From the IMG/VR virus record IMGVR_UViG_3300019776_000550, positions 27,499 to 91,498 of that record: a stretch of 64,000 nt of DNA; one strand, given 5' to 3'. The first letter of the stretch is position 1. Each line of letters starts with the position of its first letter. Source of the stretch: a virus. The notes under the pieces are model-generated. The model worked only from the letters and a program-made list of their open reading frames with translations. It was not told the origin of the DNA and did no database searches. Made by a program: the position numbers and the translations under genes. This document shows, in pieces, positions 9,875 through 20,082 of the stretch.

Positions 9875-9930
9875 TTTTTTTGTTTGTTTATTTTTATTGA
9901 AAATTTAAAAAAATCGGACTAAAAGATAAT

Positions 9931-9963
9931 AAAAAAGCCCTAAATATTGCTATGAAGGGCTTT
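9931..9963 (-). terminator. rho-independent terminator
   Basis: AAAGCCCT/AGGGCTTT stem with U-run on minus strand. Confidence 0.6.
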
Positions 9964-10031
9964 CTTTATTTTAAGAAATGATTGTAGAGCCTACCTACTT
10001 TTGCGAGGCATTAAAATACTTTTACAAAAGA

Positions 10032-10556
10032 TTATGATTCCCAACTGTCTTCATCATCTTCTTCTGACTCATCATCAAAATCTTCTGCAACTTGAGCTTC
10101 TACAGTAGTAGATTTTTCAGGTTTACGAATTAGTTCAGCAGGAGTAACTTCCCACACACTAATAACACCATCTACTTCTTCATCTGTATTACGAGTAAGG
10201 TTAAAACCATGCTTATCATCTTGGATGTTCAACAAAGACTCAAGTTCTTTGTAAACAAACTCTTGTGATTTCTTAGCACCTTTTTTACCCTTCATAATTG
10301 CACCATCTGTATCAGAAGGTACAACAATAAGAAATACGTTACCCGATTCATTCACACCTGCTGTAAGAGCATAATTATTCAAACCCATATCAGAAAACTT
10401 CTGATTTGAAACTTTAAAAACAATTTTGCTATTACCCTTCTCATCAACACGCTTACTTGCAGTAAGGTCATTAGTACGAATAAGGTTCTTCATTGCAGCT
10501 TTACCAGCTTCTGTGAAAGTTCTTTCAATTTTCCGAGTTACGATTGTAATACCCAT
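10032..10556 (-). CDS. hypothetical protein with acidic C-terminal tail
   Basis: Ends EDFDDESEEDDEDSWES. Confidence 0.7.
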   Translation of the reverse strand: MGITIVTRKIERTFTEAGKAAMKNLIRTNDLTASKRVDEKGNSKIVFKVSNQKFSDMGLNNYALTAGVNESGNVFLIVVPSDTDGAIMKGKKGAKKSQEFVYKELESLLNIQDDKHGFNLTRNTDEEVDGVISVWEVTPAELIRKPEKSTTVEAQVAEDFDDESEEDDEDSWES

Positions 10557-10632
10557 TGTTTTAATTGTTTAATTGGTTTGTAATTGATTATAATGTAAAG
10601 GTACTCTATTTTTGGATATTCTCCAAATGTTT

Positions 10633-11352
10633 TTAAGATTTCTTGTAATAATTTTTAATGGTTTCAATAACTAAACCCATATCATTGGGTATTTCATAAT
10701 CTGCAAAGCAACCTAAAGGACTTTTTGCAGTATTGTAACCATCATTTTGTGTATCAAACCAGTAATTTACTTTCTTTGCTACTTTATCTAATCTACTATT
10801 AGAGTAAAGTACAAATGTAAACATACCTTCTATATTAAGATACTGGTCTGTTAACTTTCCCGCAGTTTTTACACGCTTAAATCCGTCATTATCTTTGTCA
10901 AAGTGATACATAAAGATAATGTTTAAGTCTTCACGTTTGCAACCTTGTGCAGCTCTAATAGGCAGATAAGCAGCTTGTCCAATTTCACTAAACTTATCGT
11001 AACCTTTTTCGAGTATTTTATCCATAAACATCAGCAACTGAATATAAACAGCATCATCAACTACAATGTTTTTGATACCTTTAAATTTATCATCATTATC
11101 AATAGCTTCGATAAGTGATTTAATTGCAAATGGGTCATGTGTTTTAAAATGTCTTCCTCCCTGACTTAGTAATTTACCTAATGGGTAAGAAGCTTCTGCA
11201 TTAGGAGTAGGTAATGGTTTTCCACTAACATTGATAAGAACTGTTTCATTTGGATTTAGTCCTTTAATTTCAATGTTTTTGTCTTTGTAGGGAAATATAG
11301 ATGTACTTTTACCAGTACCAGTATTTCCTACTACCGCAATAAGAGTTGCCAT
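10633..11352 (-). CDS. AAA-domain ATPase (AAA_24/Sak4-like)
   Basis: Walker A GNTGTGKS, IVVDDA, GYDKF, KTAGK, EG.FT.VL, TAKSP. Confidence 0.85.
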   Translation of the reverse strand: MATLIAVVGNTGTGKSTSIFPYKDKNIEIKGLNPNETVLINVSGKPLPTPNAEASYPLGKLLSQGGRHFKTHDPFAIKSLIEAIDNDDKFKGIKNIVVDDAVYIQLLMFMDKILEKGYDKFSEIGQAAYLPIRAAQGCKREDLNIIFMYHFDKDNDGFKRVKTAGKLTDQYLNIEGMFTFVLYSNSRLDKVAKKVNYWFDTQNDGYNTAKSPLGCFADYEIPNDMGLVIETIKNYYKKS

Positions 11353-11354
11353 AA

Positions 11355-12536
11355 TTAATCTTTAAAAGTTCCAAGTTTTATTCTGTTAACAACTTCAACA
11401 GGTTTTTCATCTTTGATAATACCTTTTTTAGTAAGGTATTTAACGTAATCTCTGTCAGTCTTAAATTCTTCAACTTTAGGTAATTCTTCAAATGTACCTG
11501 TAGCTCCATTAAATAACATACCAATTCTAAGATTAGGTGCTGAATATCTACTTTTAAGAAGCTTTACACTTCTATAAGTATCTTTTAAGATTTCAATATT
11601 GTAACCTCCTTTTGGATGTTCTTTAATTTCATATCTATCAGGTGCAAATATACCAATTACTTCTGTTGCATCCCTTGCTGTAAGTTTATTGTCACCAAGA
11701 CCATCTAAAGAAGGTTCTAGCTTGGCTTCAATACTCTTACCGCTAAAATCATGTTCAACTCTTTCTTTATCAGCTGCTTGTTGTTGTACAACAATAAGAT
11801 GAGCTTGATAATAATTTTTAAGAGTTAAACCATAGTCAGATGAAAACTTAGACATAGCTTGATGAAGTGTCATAGTTTGATTAGTAGACTTATTAGTTTC
11901 AGGTTGAGTTAAACTAATATGGTCAACTATAACTTCTATAAAAACATTATCATCATCGTATCTCCAGTACTTCATTTCAGTACCTTCTTCATCTAATTTA
12001 ACATCTTCACGCCCTTTTACAGTGTTAATAATAACATCTCTACATTTTTTATACATACCATAAGGATTTTTGATATTAGTATAAATCCTAACATGTTTAT
12101 TGAAGAAATCTACATAATCTTGATAAGATTTAAGATATTCAATAATCTTAGAATTTACTTTAACATCTTCACCTTCTCCGTGAATAGAGAGCAACTCTCT
12201 ATAAGATATATCAATGTTATAATCACGTTTAAGAAATGCACATAGAATATCAGCTAAATATTCTTCTGCTGATAATTCTAATGAAAATATGATTATAACA
12301 ACATTTATATCAGGATTATTTTTTACAAAATCTAATACATTAGAAACATAAAAAAATCTTGTAAACTTACTTTTACCTACACCACTAGATGCCGTAACAA
12401 TAGTATAACTACTTTTAACAACTCCAGGAACATATTTGCTGAATCGTTTAAATCCAACAGGTATAAAGTTAAATCCTCCATCTAAATGTCTTTGATAATT
12501 ATTTTCAATATTATTAATGAGTCTCTCAAATATCAT
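11355..12536 (-). CDS. DnaB-like replicative helicase
   Basis: ASSGVGKS, FSLEL, VIVDHI, VVQQQ, LKSR. Confidence 0.9.
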   Translation of the reverse strand: MIFERLINNIENNYQRHLDGGFNFIPVGFKRFSKYVPGVVKSSYTIVTASSGVGKSKFTRFFYVSNVLDFVKNNPDINVVIIIFSLELSAEEYLADILCAFLKRDYNIDISYRELLSIHGEGEDVKVNSKIIEYLKSYQDYVDFFNKHVRIYTNIKNPYGMYKKCRDVIINTVKGREDVKLDEEGTEMKYWRYDDDNVFIEVIVDHISLTQPETNKSTNQTMTLHQAMSKFSSDYGLTLKNYYQAHLIVVQQQAADKERVEHDFSGKSIEAKLEPSLDGLGDNKLTARDATEVIGIFAPDRYEIKEHPKGGYNIEILKDTYRSVKLLKSRYSAPNLRIGMLFNGATGTFEELPKVEEFKTDRDYVKYLTKKGIIKDEKPVEVVNRIKLGTFKD

Positions 12537-13176
12537 CGTTAAATATTTTTAACTCTGTTTTATGTTGGTCTTCATACATAGCAGCTATACCATCAAAAGC
12601 TTTAAAATAACCTTCAATGTTATAAGGTGCTGAATTTGAATTACAATCATCTAAATAAAGTTTTGTTATTTCCATGAATCTTGTAAAAAGAATATTATTA
12701 TTACCCTTTAGGATATTAACTCTAAACATCTCTACAAGTTCATCTTTACTGTGTTTACCCCAAACAGAATATTTCTTGGGTTTAGTAAGACCATTAATAT
12801 CTTTAATATGTACTTGTTTAGGATAAATAGCAATAAACTGTTCAAAAGCATCTTCAACATCTGTGATGTAAAAATATTGAAGAAATTTATCTGTTACTTT
12901 TAAGTTAGTCAGTTTAATGTTTTCATCATTTCCCCATATTTCAAGATATTCCTTTTGTTCAAGATTTTTACATATTTGAATCCAGTTTATATCATGTCTG
13001 TCTTGATATTTTTGAGACAATTGACCAAATTCAATTATGTTTATGTCTCGTGGTACTTTAAATAAATTATCGTCGTAATTATTTTGATTAATCATTACAC
13101 GATAAAGTAACCAGTATTCTTCTGCTGTAATACAAAGTTCATCTAAGAACTTTGCTAGTTTGAAAGGTTCTACCAT
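12526..13176 (-). CDS. putative replication initiator / helicase-loader (winged helix)
   Basis: Directly upstream of DnaB; FEQFIAIYP motif typical of phage replisome organisers. Confidence 0.5.
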   Translation of the reverse strand: MVEPFKLAKFLDELCITAEEYWLLYRVMINQNNYDDNLFKVPRDINIIEFGQLSQKYQDRHDINWIQICKNLEQKEYLEIWGNDENIKLTNLKVTDKFLQYFYITDVEDAFEQFIAIYPKQVHIKDINGLTKPKKYSVWGKHSKDELVEMFRVNILKGNNNILFTRFMEITKLYLDDCNSNSAPYNIEGYFKAFDGIAAMYEDQHKTELKIFNDDI

Positions 13177-13574
13177 TTAAGCATTTTTAAAAGTTTCATT
13201 TCTTCTTTATGAACATCAATAGCATCTGTAATTGTATAATTCTTTAAAGGATGTGTGCAACAAAATGTATAAGTTGTAGATTCAAGTTTATACTGAAATT
13301 TAATCAACCAGTTATCTACTCTTAATGCTGATAAATCCTTAATTAGTTTAACTCTTCTTTTCTTGCTAAGTCTGATTCTAGTATAAAGTCTTTTAAAACT
13401 ATCAGGTGACATAGCAATAGTTATATTTTTACAATTACAATCATTTACTAACCATATCATGTTGCCAATCTCAACGTTCTTTTTTATAAACTGAATAGCA
13501 ACTGTATATCGGTTTCTGTCTTCTATAAACTGTTCAAAATCTGTCTTGTTATTTAACTCGTTTACATCATTCAT
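13170..13574 (-). CDS. hypothetical protein
   Basis: ORF. Confidence 0.6.
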   Translation of the reverse strand: MNDVNELNNKTDFEQFIEDRNRYTVAIQFIKKNVEIGNMIWLVNDCNCKNITIAMSPDSFKRLYTRIRLSKKRRVKLIKDLSALRVDNWLIKFQYKLESTTYTFCCTHPLKNYTITDAIDVHKEEMKLLKMLKW

Positions 13575-14857
13575 ATCAGTTCTTTTAGTTCTTCTAAAGT
13601 GATTGTTTTAGTAAACTGTCCTTTTAAACTTGAAGCTAACCAAACCTTTTCTTGACTTAGTATGGTATCTGCACCAAGTTTAAAATCATCAATGAAGAAA
13701 TTAATCATAATAGGTGCTTTATCAGGATTGTCTTCATCAAATCTGATAATTCTACCTAATTGCTGAACAGCATCTAAATCATTAGATGTATAAGAAACTC
13801 TTAATCCAATTCTACAAGATTTAATATCAAAACCTTCTTTGAGAGAATCAATAGAAATTAAATGAGGTTTTTGATTAGAATAGAATTGATTTAGTACTTC
13901 TTCTTTACTCTTCTTTTTAAGTTTAGAATGATAAGAAATACTATTAGGGTTAGCATCTTCAAGCTGTTTAGCAAAATCGATAGTGCTACAAAATATAAGA
14001 GCTTTTTCTTTTACAACTGAAAGTAAATCAAGTGTAGCTAAATATTTAGATTGTGTATTTTGTAAAATCTGTTTTCTAACAGAAATAGCTTTTTGCCATT
14101 TCATAAGCATACCAAATACAGCACCTTCTTTTTGATTAAGCTGATTAGCAATACGTTCTCTTTCTTTTTTTGCATTAGGTGCAATTAAATTATAAGGAGA
14201 GTAATGTCCTACACCTGCAAAATAAGCACTATACTTTTTGTGTTCATTATGAGCATGAAGATAATCAGATTTTTCTCTAAGAGTTAGTTCAAGTGGCACA
14301 TTATAAATTTGTGTTGCTGGAACTAATCCTTTTTTAAATCCCCAATACAAACTAATTTGATATTTTTCAACTGATTTACCTTTTTTAACCATTTCTTGTC
14401 TAAGAAATGATTCATATTCAGGTTTCAAAGTAGCTGTAAGAAATAATGATTTTTTAAATACAGCATTTTGAATAGCTGTACTAAAATATTCACTACTTTT
14501 GTTCAATGCTCTATGTACTTCATCAATAATAAGTAAATCACATTGATTATTCTTATTATTCATCGTGTAAGAGTTTATTATAAAGATTTCTATTCTTACT
14601 AATGGGTAATCTTTATATAAATTCTTAGTAGCTTCTGTCCAAGATTCTTTTAGATGTTCTTTAGGTACAATAATATGTACATTAAGATAAGGATTGGCAG
14701 CAGCTTCTTTTGCTATCTTTTTTGTACCAATGTAAGTTTTTCCAAAACCTGTATATGCTTCACAAAGAAGATTATCAGATTCATTGTTAACAATATCATC
14801 TTGTACAAAATTCTTTAAATGGATTCCTTCAAGAGTTGATTCAGGAGGTCTAATCAT
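13571..14857 (-). CDS. superfamily 2 (DExH) helicase
   Basis: TGFGKT, IIDEVH, LTAT, EGFD, QQLGRIIR. Confidence 0.9.
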   Translation of the reverse strand: MIRPPESTLEGIHLKNFVQDDIVNNESDNLLCEAYTGFGKTYIGTKKIAKEAAANPYLNVHIIVPKEHLKESWTEATKNLYKDYPLVRIEIFIINSYTMNNKNNQCDLLIIDEVHRALNKSSEYFSTAIQNAVFKKSLFLTATLKPEYESFLRQEMVKKGKSVEKYQISLYWGFKKGLVPATQIYNVPLELTLREKSDYLHAHNEHKKYSAYFAGVGHYSPYNLIAPNAKKERERIANQLNQKEGAVFGMLMKWQKAISVRKQILQNTQSKYLATLDLLSVVKEKALIFCSTIDFAKQLEDANPNSISYHSKLKKKSKEEVLNQFYSNQKPHLISIDSLKEGFDIKSCRIGLRVSYTSNDLDAVQQLGRIIRFDEDNPDKAPIMINFFIDDFKLGADTILSQEKVWLASSLKGQFTKTITLEELKELI

Positions 14858-15065
14858 AAATTATATCATCAGTTATAATACGTTTCTTATGCTTACTTAC
14901 AACTTTTAATACAAGATAATCATGTGAATTATCTCTTGTAAATTCCTTTGCTTTTTCAGTAGCAATATTTCTATCAGTAGTTACTGTTTCTGAAATCAGT
15001 TGAGCAACTCCTTCTTTTTCTTTTGCTACATAATAAATTGATTTTTCAGGTTCGTTATTTGACAT
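14850..15065 (-). CDS. hypothetical protein
   Basis: ORF. Confidence 0.55.
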   Translation of the reverse strand: MSNNEPEKSIYYVAKEKEGVAQLISETVTTDRNIATEKAKEFTRDNSHDYLVLKVVSKHKKRIITDDIIYD

Positions 15066-15070
15066 ACATG

Positions 15071-17002
15071 TTAAAATAGTTTTAATTGATTTTTGTTAAC
15101 TTTTTTATTCTTACTTTTATAATCTTGTTCAATATCATCAATAAGCTTTTGAGCTTCTTGAATATAATATCTAAAATCTATATCAGTAGGAAAATCATCA
15201 GGTAATCTGTTAATTAATTCTACATTAAATCCTGAAACTATTTGAGATATTCTACCATCTTCAAATACTTTTTTAAGTTTCTTATAAGATTTAGCTACAT
15301 AAAATCTAACAGTTCTTGATACTTCTTCTTCTTGAATAGAAACACCGTTATAAACTTGAATAACAAGTTTATCTTTTTTGTTACAACGTTCTTTTAAACA
15401 AAACTTTTTAATATCATAACAAGTTGTTATAGTTTCTCTAATAGAAATATTGTTTACAAAATAGTTAATAGCTGCAATTACACTAATTTGATTGCTATAA
15501 TCTTTATGATAAGGGTCAGGTACTGAATCTGATTTTAAATCAGGTACATAAGCTCCTTTGTACTTATATTTATTTTCTTTAGTTATAGCAAAATAATTAT
15601 TTACATCTCTAATAAACATGGCTTTATAAAAAACTTCTTCTAATTCCATGTTAAAAAAAGATTCCCATTGATTACATATCTTTCTAAAATTGTCAATTTG
15701 ATTATTATTAACATAAACGGTAATACCATCTGTATTAGCTTGTATAATTTGACAATCTTCTATTTCTGATATATCTTCTAATAACTTTAATAATCTAAGT
15801 TGACCATTAATAGTTACTTTAAATGTACACGCAATATCATACAAAAAACTATACTTATCCTTAAATTTGCCATAAACACTATTAAGTGCTTTTTTATAAG
15901 TATCAGATTGAATTTTAGCATTTTTATCACTTTTAATAAGTGATTTATTTTGCTTTCTCCAAGTAACTTGTGATTTAGCAACTTTAAGAAAAGATTCTTT
16001 ATTAAGATGTTCAGGCACTGCTTCTAAATCTATATAAAGTGAAGGATATAGTGATGCTACATCTACATCAATTATACTATGAGTAGAAGACTCTTTGAAA
16101 ACACCTTTTAAAGAACCATGAATACCACCTTTTTTAACATCTAATTTAAGTTCTTTAATATATACATCAAATGCAACTTTATTTTCAATGCTATCTTTAT
16201 TATCATTGCTATTATAAATAACAACTTTTTTAAGTTCGTGTTGAAGTTCTTTTAAATGATTTTGTTTAAAGTTGATATGTTGTATTATATCTTTTAAATT
16301 AACAAAATCTCTATTAGTTCTTCTTTGTAGAACTTCTTGTGGGTTCTCATTTGTTTCTTTACAATAATAATATAAAAAAAGATGTTCTCCTAACTTAGAA
16401 TCTGACCAATTAATACAATCTAAATTTGTATTTTGTTTGATATTTTGTCTAAGTCTTATGTTATCAACCATTTTTAAGAAAAACTGATAAGTAGCTTGAA
16501 CATCATTAAGATTGTATTCAAGTATTTTATTTTGTTCTTCTATCTTTGTAATTGTAGAAGTATAATGATAAGGCATATCTTCTACATTAGGCAATTCTAA
16601 AGCAACTTCTAATTGTTTTAAAGAAGTTCTTCTTGCTGGATTATCAAAATGAGCTATACTAAATACATCAATCTGACTAAATATAGGATTTCTAATCCTA
16701 TTGAATTTAGGAGTTTCGGTATTTACAAGTCTTTGACTTTCTTTATATAACAAATCATTCATTTCTTCTAATGGGAGATTACCAACTATATTGAAAAGAT
16801 AATCTAAAAGTGGATAATCATAGTTTAAGTTATTAAAACCTATACCTATTATACCACTATTTACAAAATCTTTATATTCTTGATAATCATTATTAAATAT
16901 AGATAAGGTGAAGCTTTTAACTTCACCTGTATCTATATCTAACCACGTTGAACAATGAAAATTTTTAAATTGCTCAATATCATATACCCAAATATTTCTC
17001 AT
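15071..17002 (-). CDS. polB: DNA polymerase family B with 3'-5' exonuclease
   Basis: YDIE, GFNNLNYD, YNLNDV exonuclease motifs; DVASLYPS, KKALNSVYGK, NTDG polymerase motifs. Confidence 0.93.
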   Translation of the reverse strand: MRNIWVYDIEQFKNFHCSTWLDIDTGEVKSFTLSIFNNDYQEYKDFVNSGIIGIGFNNLNYDYPLLDYLFNIVGNLPLEEMNDLLYKESQRLVNTETPKFNRIRNPIFSQIDVFSIAHFDNPARRTSLKQLEVALELPNVEDMPYHYTSTITKIEEQNKILEYNLNDVQATYQFFLKMVDNIRLRQNIKQNTNLDCINWSDSKLGEHLFLYYYCKETNENPQEVLQRRTNRDFVNLKDIIQHINFKQNHLKELQHELKKVVIYNSNDNKDSIENKVAFDVYIKELKLDVKKGGIHGSLKGVFKESSTHSIIDVDVASLYPSLYIDLEAVPEHLNKESFLKVAKSQVTWRKQNKSLIKSDKNAKIQSDTYKKALNSVYGKFKDKYSFLYDIACTFKVTINGQLRLLKLLEDISEIEDCQIIQANTDGITVYVNNNQIDNFRKICNQWESFFNMELEEVFYKAMFIRDVNNYFAITKENKYKYKGAYVPDLKSDSVPDPYHKDYSNQISVIAAINYFVNNISIRETITTCYDIKKFCLKERCNKKDKLVIQVYNGVSIQEEEVSRTVRFYVAKSYKKLKKVFEDGRISQIVSGFNVELINRLPDDFPTDIDFRYYIQEAQKLIDDIEQDYKSKNKKVNKNQLKLF

Positions 17003-17004
17003 AA

Positions 17005-17301
17005 TTACTGATTTAGTGATTGATAAACTTCAAACACTCCAAGTTTTTCTAATAAAACTCGTAAAGGTTCTCCACCAAAAGAAAATCGTGTATGATTCCA
17101 TGATATTTCTAATGATTCATGTTCGTCGAGATGTACAACAAAATAATTAGATTTATTAAGAATTATACTATTTACAGTATATTCTTTATTTTCTATTATA
17201 GGTAATTCTCCTGATGCTATAATCATAGAAATTATATCATCAGGAATACCTTTATCATTTGTACAAACTACTTTTAATTCACTACTAGGCTTAATTATCA
17301 T
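17005..17301 (-). CDS. hypothetical protein
   Basis: ORF. Confidence 0.6.
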   Translation of the reverse strand: MIIKPSSELKVVCTNDKGIPDDIISMIIASGELPIIENKEYTVNSIILNKSNYFVVHLDEHESLEISWNHTRFSFGGEPLRVLLEKLGVFEVYQSLNQ

Positions 17302-17470
17302 CTAAATCCTTTTTGACACCTATGATAATTAAAACTAATACTGTTCCATAGATTAAACCATGTATTACAGCTAATGTTGGATTATGCTGAATAGCATAAA
17401 TTGTATCTGTAATCCATAAAAACAGCACTAGTGTTAATGCTGCCAAGAATAAGCTCATAATAGTTTTCAT
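17291..17470 (-). CDS. small two-TM membrane protein (59 aa)
   Basis: Own translation MKTIMSLFLAALTLVLFLWIT...GLIYGTVLVLIIIGVKKDLDDN*. Confidence 0.55.
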   Translation of the reverse strand: MKTIMSLFLAALTLVLFLWITDTIYAIQHNPTLAVIHGLIYGTVLVLIIIGVKKDLDDN

Positions 17471-17521
17471 TATTAAAATTATTATTGGTTACTGATTAAT
17501 TAACTGCTGTAATTTAACAAT

Positions 17522-17547
17522 AAAAAGGGAGTTTTTCAACTCCCTTT
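17522..17547 (-). terminator. rho-independent terminator
   Basis: AAAGGGAGTT/AACTCCCTTT directly after the 17555 gene. Confidence 0.75.
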
Positions 17548-17554
17548 GATTTAA

Positions 17555-18388
17555 TTATGCGTTGATTTCTGTTAACATACCAAGATTACGAACTGCATAT
17601 TGGTTTTGTAACCACTCTTGAAATTCAGCATTAAACAATGCACCTTGTTTTACTGCAACAGGAACACTATCAGCAGGGATAACATCATCATGCTTAAATT
17701 CAGCATTATTTTTCAATTCATTTGCTCTAAAACCTGCTAAAGACGCTTGTATGTCAGTAGTAGGTCTTACTACTAATGTAGTAAATTGAAAAATGAGTTT
17801 ATTATTTAATAACAAAACATCACCTCCTTTACCACTACGCTTGGGTTCAAGTGTAATCAAACCTGTTGTGGTAAGCTGTGGCATTTGAAGAGTTGTTGTG
17901 TTATTACGAACAATATACGTAACAAAATTCTTCTTTACTAAACTTTCACTAAAGTTAAATCCATCTTTAATACCATTAGCTTCACAAAAAGCCAATGTTG
18001 TAGTTTGCCAAAAATACTTTTGGCGACTTGAATTTGACACTCTACCCATTAGGAAATAACCTAACAGACTAGAACTGTCTTCAATTTCATCACTTGATTC
18101 AACATTTTGAGTAAACTCAAGTTGAAACGTAAGTGCATTAATACATGTAATACGTTTTTCTTCTTTTGAAGAATTTACAAATGCAGCATTAGGTTCTGCA
18201 TTAAATATTTGTTTATATACAAAACCAAGTTCTTCATGGCTTTTATCAATAAACAAAGCATTTTTACTGGCTTTGATTTCTTCATAAGAAGTCATTCCAG
18301 TAGCTGCAATAGTAGGTTTTGTTATTTTAACTTTGTTAACAATAACTGGATTTGTGATTTCGAACGGATTTGAAATTTCAGTTGACAT
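17555..18388 (-). CDS. hypothetical protein
   Basis: 277-aa ORF with its own terminator. Confidence 0.8.
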   Translation of the reverse strand: MSTEISNPFEITNPVIVNKVKITKPTIAATGMTSYEEIKASKNALFIDKSHEELGFVYKQIFNAEPNAAFVNSSKEEKRITCINALTFQLEFTQNVESSDEIEDSSSLLGYFLMGRVSNSSRQKYFWQTTTLAFCEANGIKDGFNFSESLVKKNFVTYIVRNNTTTLQMPQLTTTGLITLEPKRSGKGGDVLLLNNKLIFQFTTLVVRPTTDIQASLAGFRANELKNNAEFKHDDVIPADSVPVAVKQGALFNAEFQEWLQNQYAVRNLGMLTEINA

Positions 18389-18441
18389 AGTTTGATTTAT
18401 TTAAGTTGGTTTGAAAAAAAAAAAAAAAAAAATATAAGATG

Positions 18442-18696
18442 TTAATATACTACATTGTTCAATCTCAATGATTTAAGATTTTGTTTCTTAATCCATTGTG
18501 AATTATTGAGAACAGATAAAATCTGTTTACGTGCGTCATAATATGACTTAGCATGTACAGATATGACAAATTCATATCTAGTATTTCCAAACTGTTTATC
18601 TTTACTTTCTGTTTCTCTACCTGTATAACTACAAGTATTTACTTTAGAAATTGAAATTTGTTTACCAAATAAATCTACAATACCCGTGTATATCAT
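18442..18696 (-). CDS. hypothetical protein
   Basis: ORF. Confidence 0.6.
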   Translation of the reverse strand: MIYTGIVDLFGKQISISKVNTCSYTGRETESKDKQFGNTRYEFVISVHAKSYYDARKQILSVLNNSQWIKKQNLKSLRLNNVVY

Positions 18697-18929
18697 AATT
18701 TAAAATAATTGTTTTCAATTTCTTTTTCATATTCAACATGTTCAATAGCTTGTTCTATGTTATGAGGACATGTACTTTGTACTCTTTGATTGTTTCTCAC
18801 AATCATTTTAAGAGTATTACGTAGATGATTGATGTCCATAGCATCAATATCTACATATTTTCCATCTTTAGTTCTCCAATATACTTTTTCCATTGTCATA
18901 AATTTTTTAAAAAGGAAGTGATTTTTCAC
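18693..18929 (-). CDS. hypothetical protein (W.TKDG...I..M...HL.N family)
   Basis: Recurrent small phage motif WRTKDGKYVDIDAMDINHLRN; true start probably downstream of 18929. Confidence 0.6.
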   Translation of the reverse strand: MKNHFLFKKFMTMEKVYWRTKDGKYVDIDAMDINHLRNTLKMIVRNNQRVQSTCPHNIEQAIEHVEYEKEIENNYFKL

Positions 18930-18944
18930 TTCCTTTTGTTTGAT

Positions 18945-19289
18945 TTACATCAACCACTTATTTGCATTTTGTTGATGGTATTCAACCATCAAGTTAGCTT
19001 TTTGTGGATTCAAATAAATCCACATTTGCTTCGCCGTTTTGTACTCATCGTACACTTTCTTTGCATTTATGCAAGTAAATTCGTACATGTCAATAACATG
19101 TACAACTTGCTCTACGTTTTCTCCTCCTGCTGCTTTAGGAAGAGTGAAGTAGAATACCATTTCTCCTATACAAGCGGCAATTTGAAAATTGCCCTTGCAG
19201 AAAATCTTTCCTGTTGGAAATACAGCGGTGAAATTTAATTCACCATTTCCAAACGTCTTTGTGATTTTAATTCCGTTAATGTTATTCAT
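18945..19289 (-). CDS. hypothetical protein
   Basis: ORF. Confidence 0.6.
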   Translation of the reverse strand: MNNINGIKITKTFGNGELNFTAVFPTGKIFCKGNFQIAACIGEMVFYFTLPKAAGGENVEQVVHVIDMYEFTCINAKKVYDEYKTAKQMWIYLNPQKANLMVEYHQQNANKWLM

Positions 19290-19479
19290 GTTCTTCTATG
19301 TTTAGTGATGTTAAAAATGAAACCATACCCACGATACATAAGTTGTATGTGGCAAAAAATAATTTAACATAAGAGACATGAATGTCTATTACATTAAAAA
19401 ATAAATATTCTGCTAATATCAATAACACATATATAAAAAGTGTCATTAATATTATAAAAATTAATCTTGTTATTTTCAT
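19282..19479 (-). CDS. small membrane protein
   Basis: Two hydrophobic segments; poly-A leader. Confidence 0.6.
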   Translation of the reverse strand: MKITRLIFIILMTLFIYVLLILAEYLFFNVIDIHVSYVKLFFATYNLCIVGMVSFLTSLNIEEHE

Positions 19480-19502
19480 TTTTTTTTTGTGATTAAAATA
19501 AA

Positions 19503-19535
19503 ATATTCCTATTCAGTAAAACTAAATAGGAATAT
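19503..19535 (-). terminator. hairpin / terminator
   Basis: ATATTCCTATT/AATAGGAATAT. Confidence 0.55.
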
Positions 19536-19552
19536 AATCATTTGTCCATCAT

Positions 19553-19768
19553 TTATCTGAAATATACGAAAATGTCGTCGTATATTTCAGATACAACCAC
19601 TACTGCTCCAATAAGAGCAAACATTAGACCGCCACCTATTAAATAGGCGACTGACATTATTACTTCATGGTAATTAATGTCAAATATAAGACTGATAAAG
19701 GCTGCAGGAATTACGAATAGAATAGACCATACAGCTACAAATCCAATAAGACAAATTAATGCTTTCAT
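19553..19768 (-). CDS. small two-TM membrane protein
   Basis: Two hydrophobic helices; A14 leader. Confidence 0.65.
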   Translation of the reverse strand: MKALICLIGFVAVWSILFVIPAAFISLIFDINYHEVIMSVAYLIGGGLMFALIGAVVVVSEIYDDIFVYFR

Positions 19769-19800
19769 TTTATTTTTTTTTTTTTTAAGGTTTATGTTCT

Positions 19801-19871
19801 TTTTTCTTCACTCTGCTTTTTACAAGGACTTGTGACCTTCTATATTAAATATAGGTAGCATTAAAGAAAAA
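19801..19871 (-). ncRNA. twister self-cleaving ribozyme (type P1)
   Basis: Minus RNA UUUUUCUU-UAA-UGCU-ACC-UAUAUUUAAUAUAG-AAGG-UCAC-AAG-U-CCUU-GUAAAA-AGCA-GA-GUG-AAGAAAAA. P1 (8 bp), P2, P3, P4 and both pseudoknots (CAC/GUG; AC/GU) align with the twister consensus. Predicted cut U19863/A19862. Confidence 0.92.
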
Positions 19872-19897
19872 GCATCTATTCTCCCAACAGATGCTTT
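19869..19897 (-). terminator. terminator-like hairpin overlapping twister P1
   Basis: AAAGCAUCUGUU-GGGAG-AAUAGAUGCUUU followed by UUCUUU. Confidence 0.55.
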
Positions 19898-19908
19898 GAA
19901 TAGTTGTG

Positions 19909-20049
19909 CTACACTTTTACACAACTAAGAATCAAGGAACTTTCATCCTTAATAATAGAAATAGCTTCCATAACAGAAGAAGCTTCAATTTCCATATTAA
20001 GAACAATAATTCCTGTTCTCAGACGGTAACTTACTAAATACTTGTTCAT
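19909..20049 (-). CDS. small hypothetical protein (46 aa)
   Basis: Own translation MNKYLVSYRLRTGIIVLNMEIEASSVMEAISII... Confidence 0.55.
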   Translation of the reverse strand: MNKYLVSYRLRTGIIVLNMEIEASSVMEAISIIKDESSLILSCVKV

Positions 20050-20082
20050 AGTATTAGGTTTAAATGTAAGAAAATAGAATTA

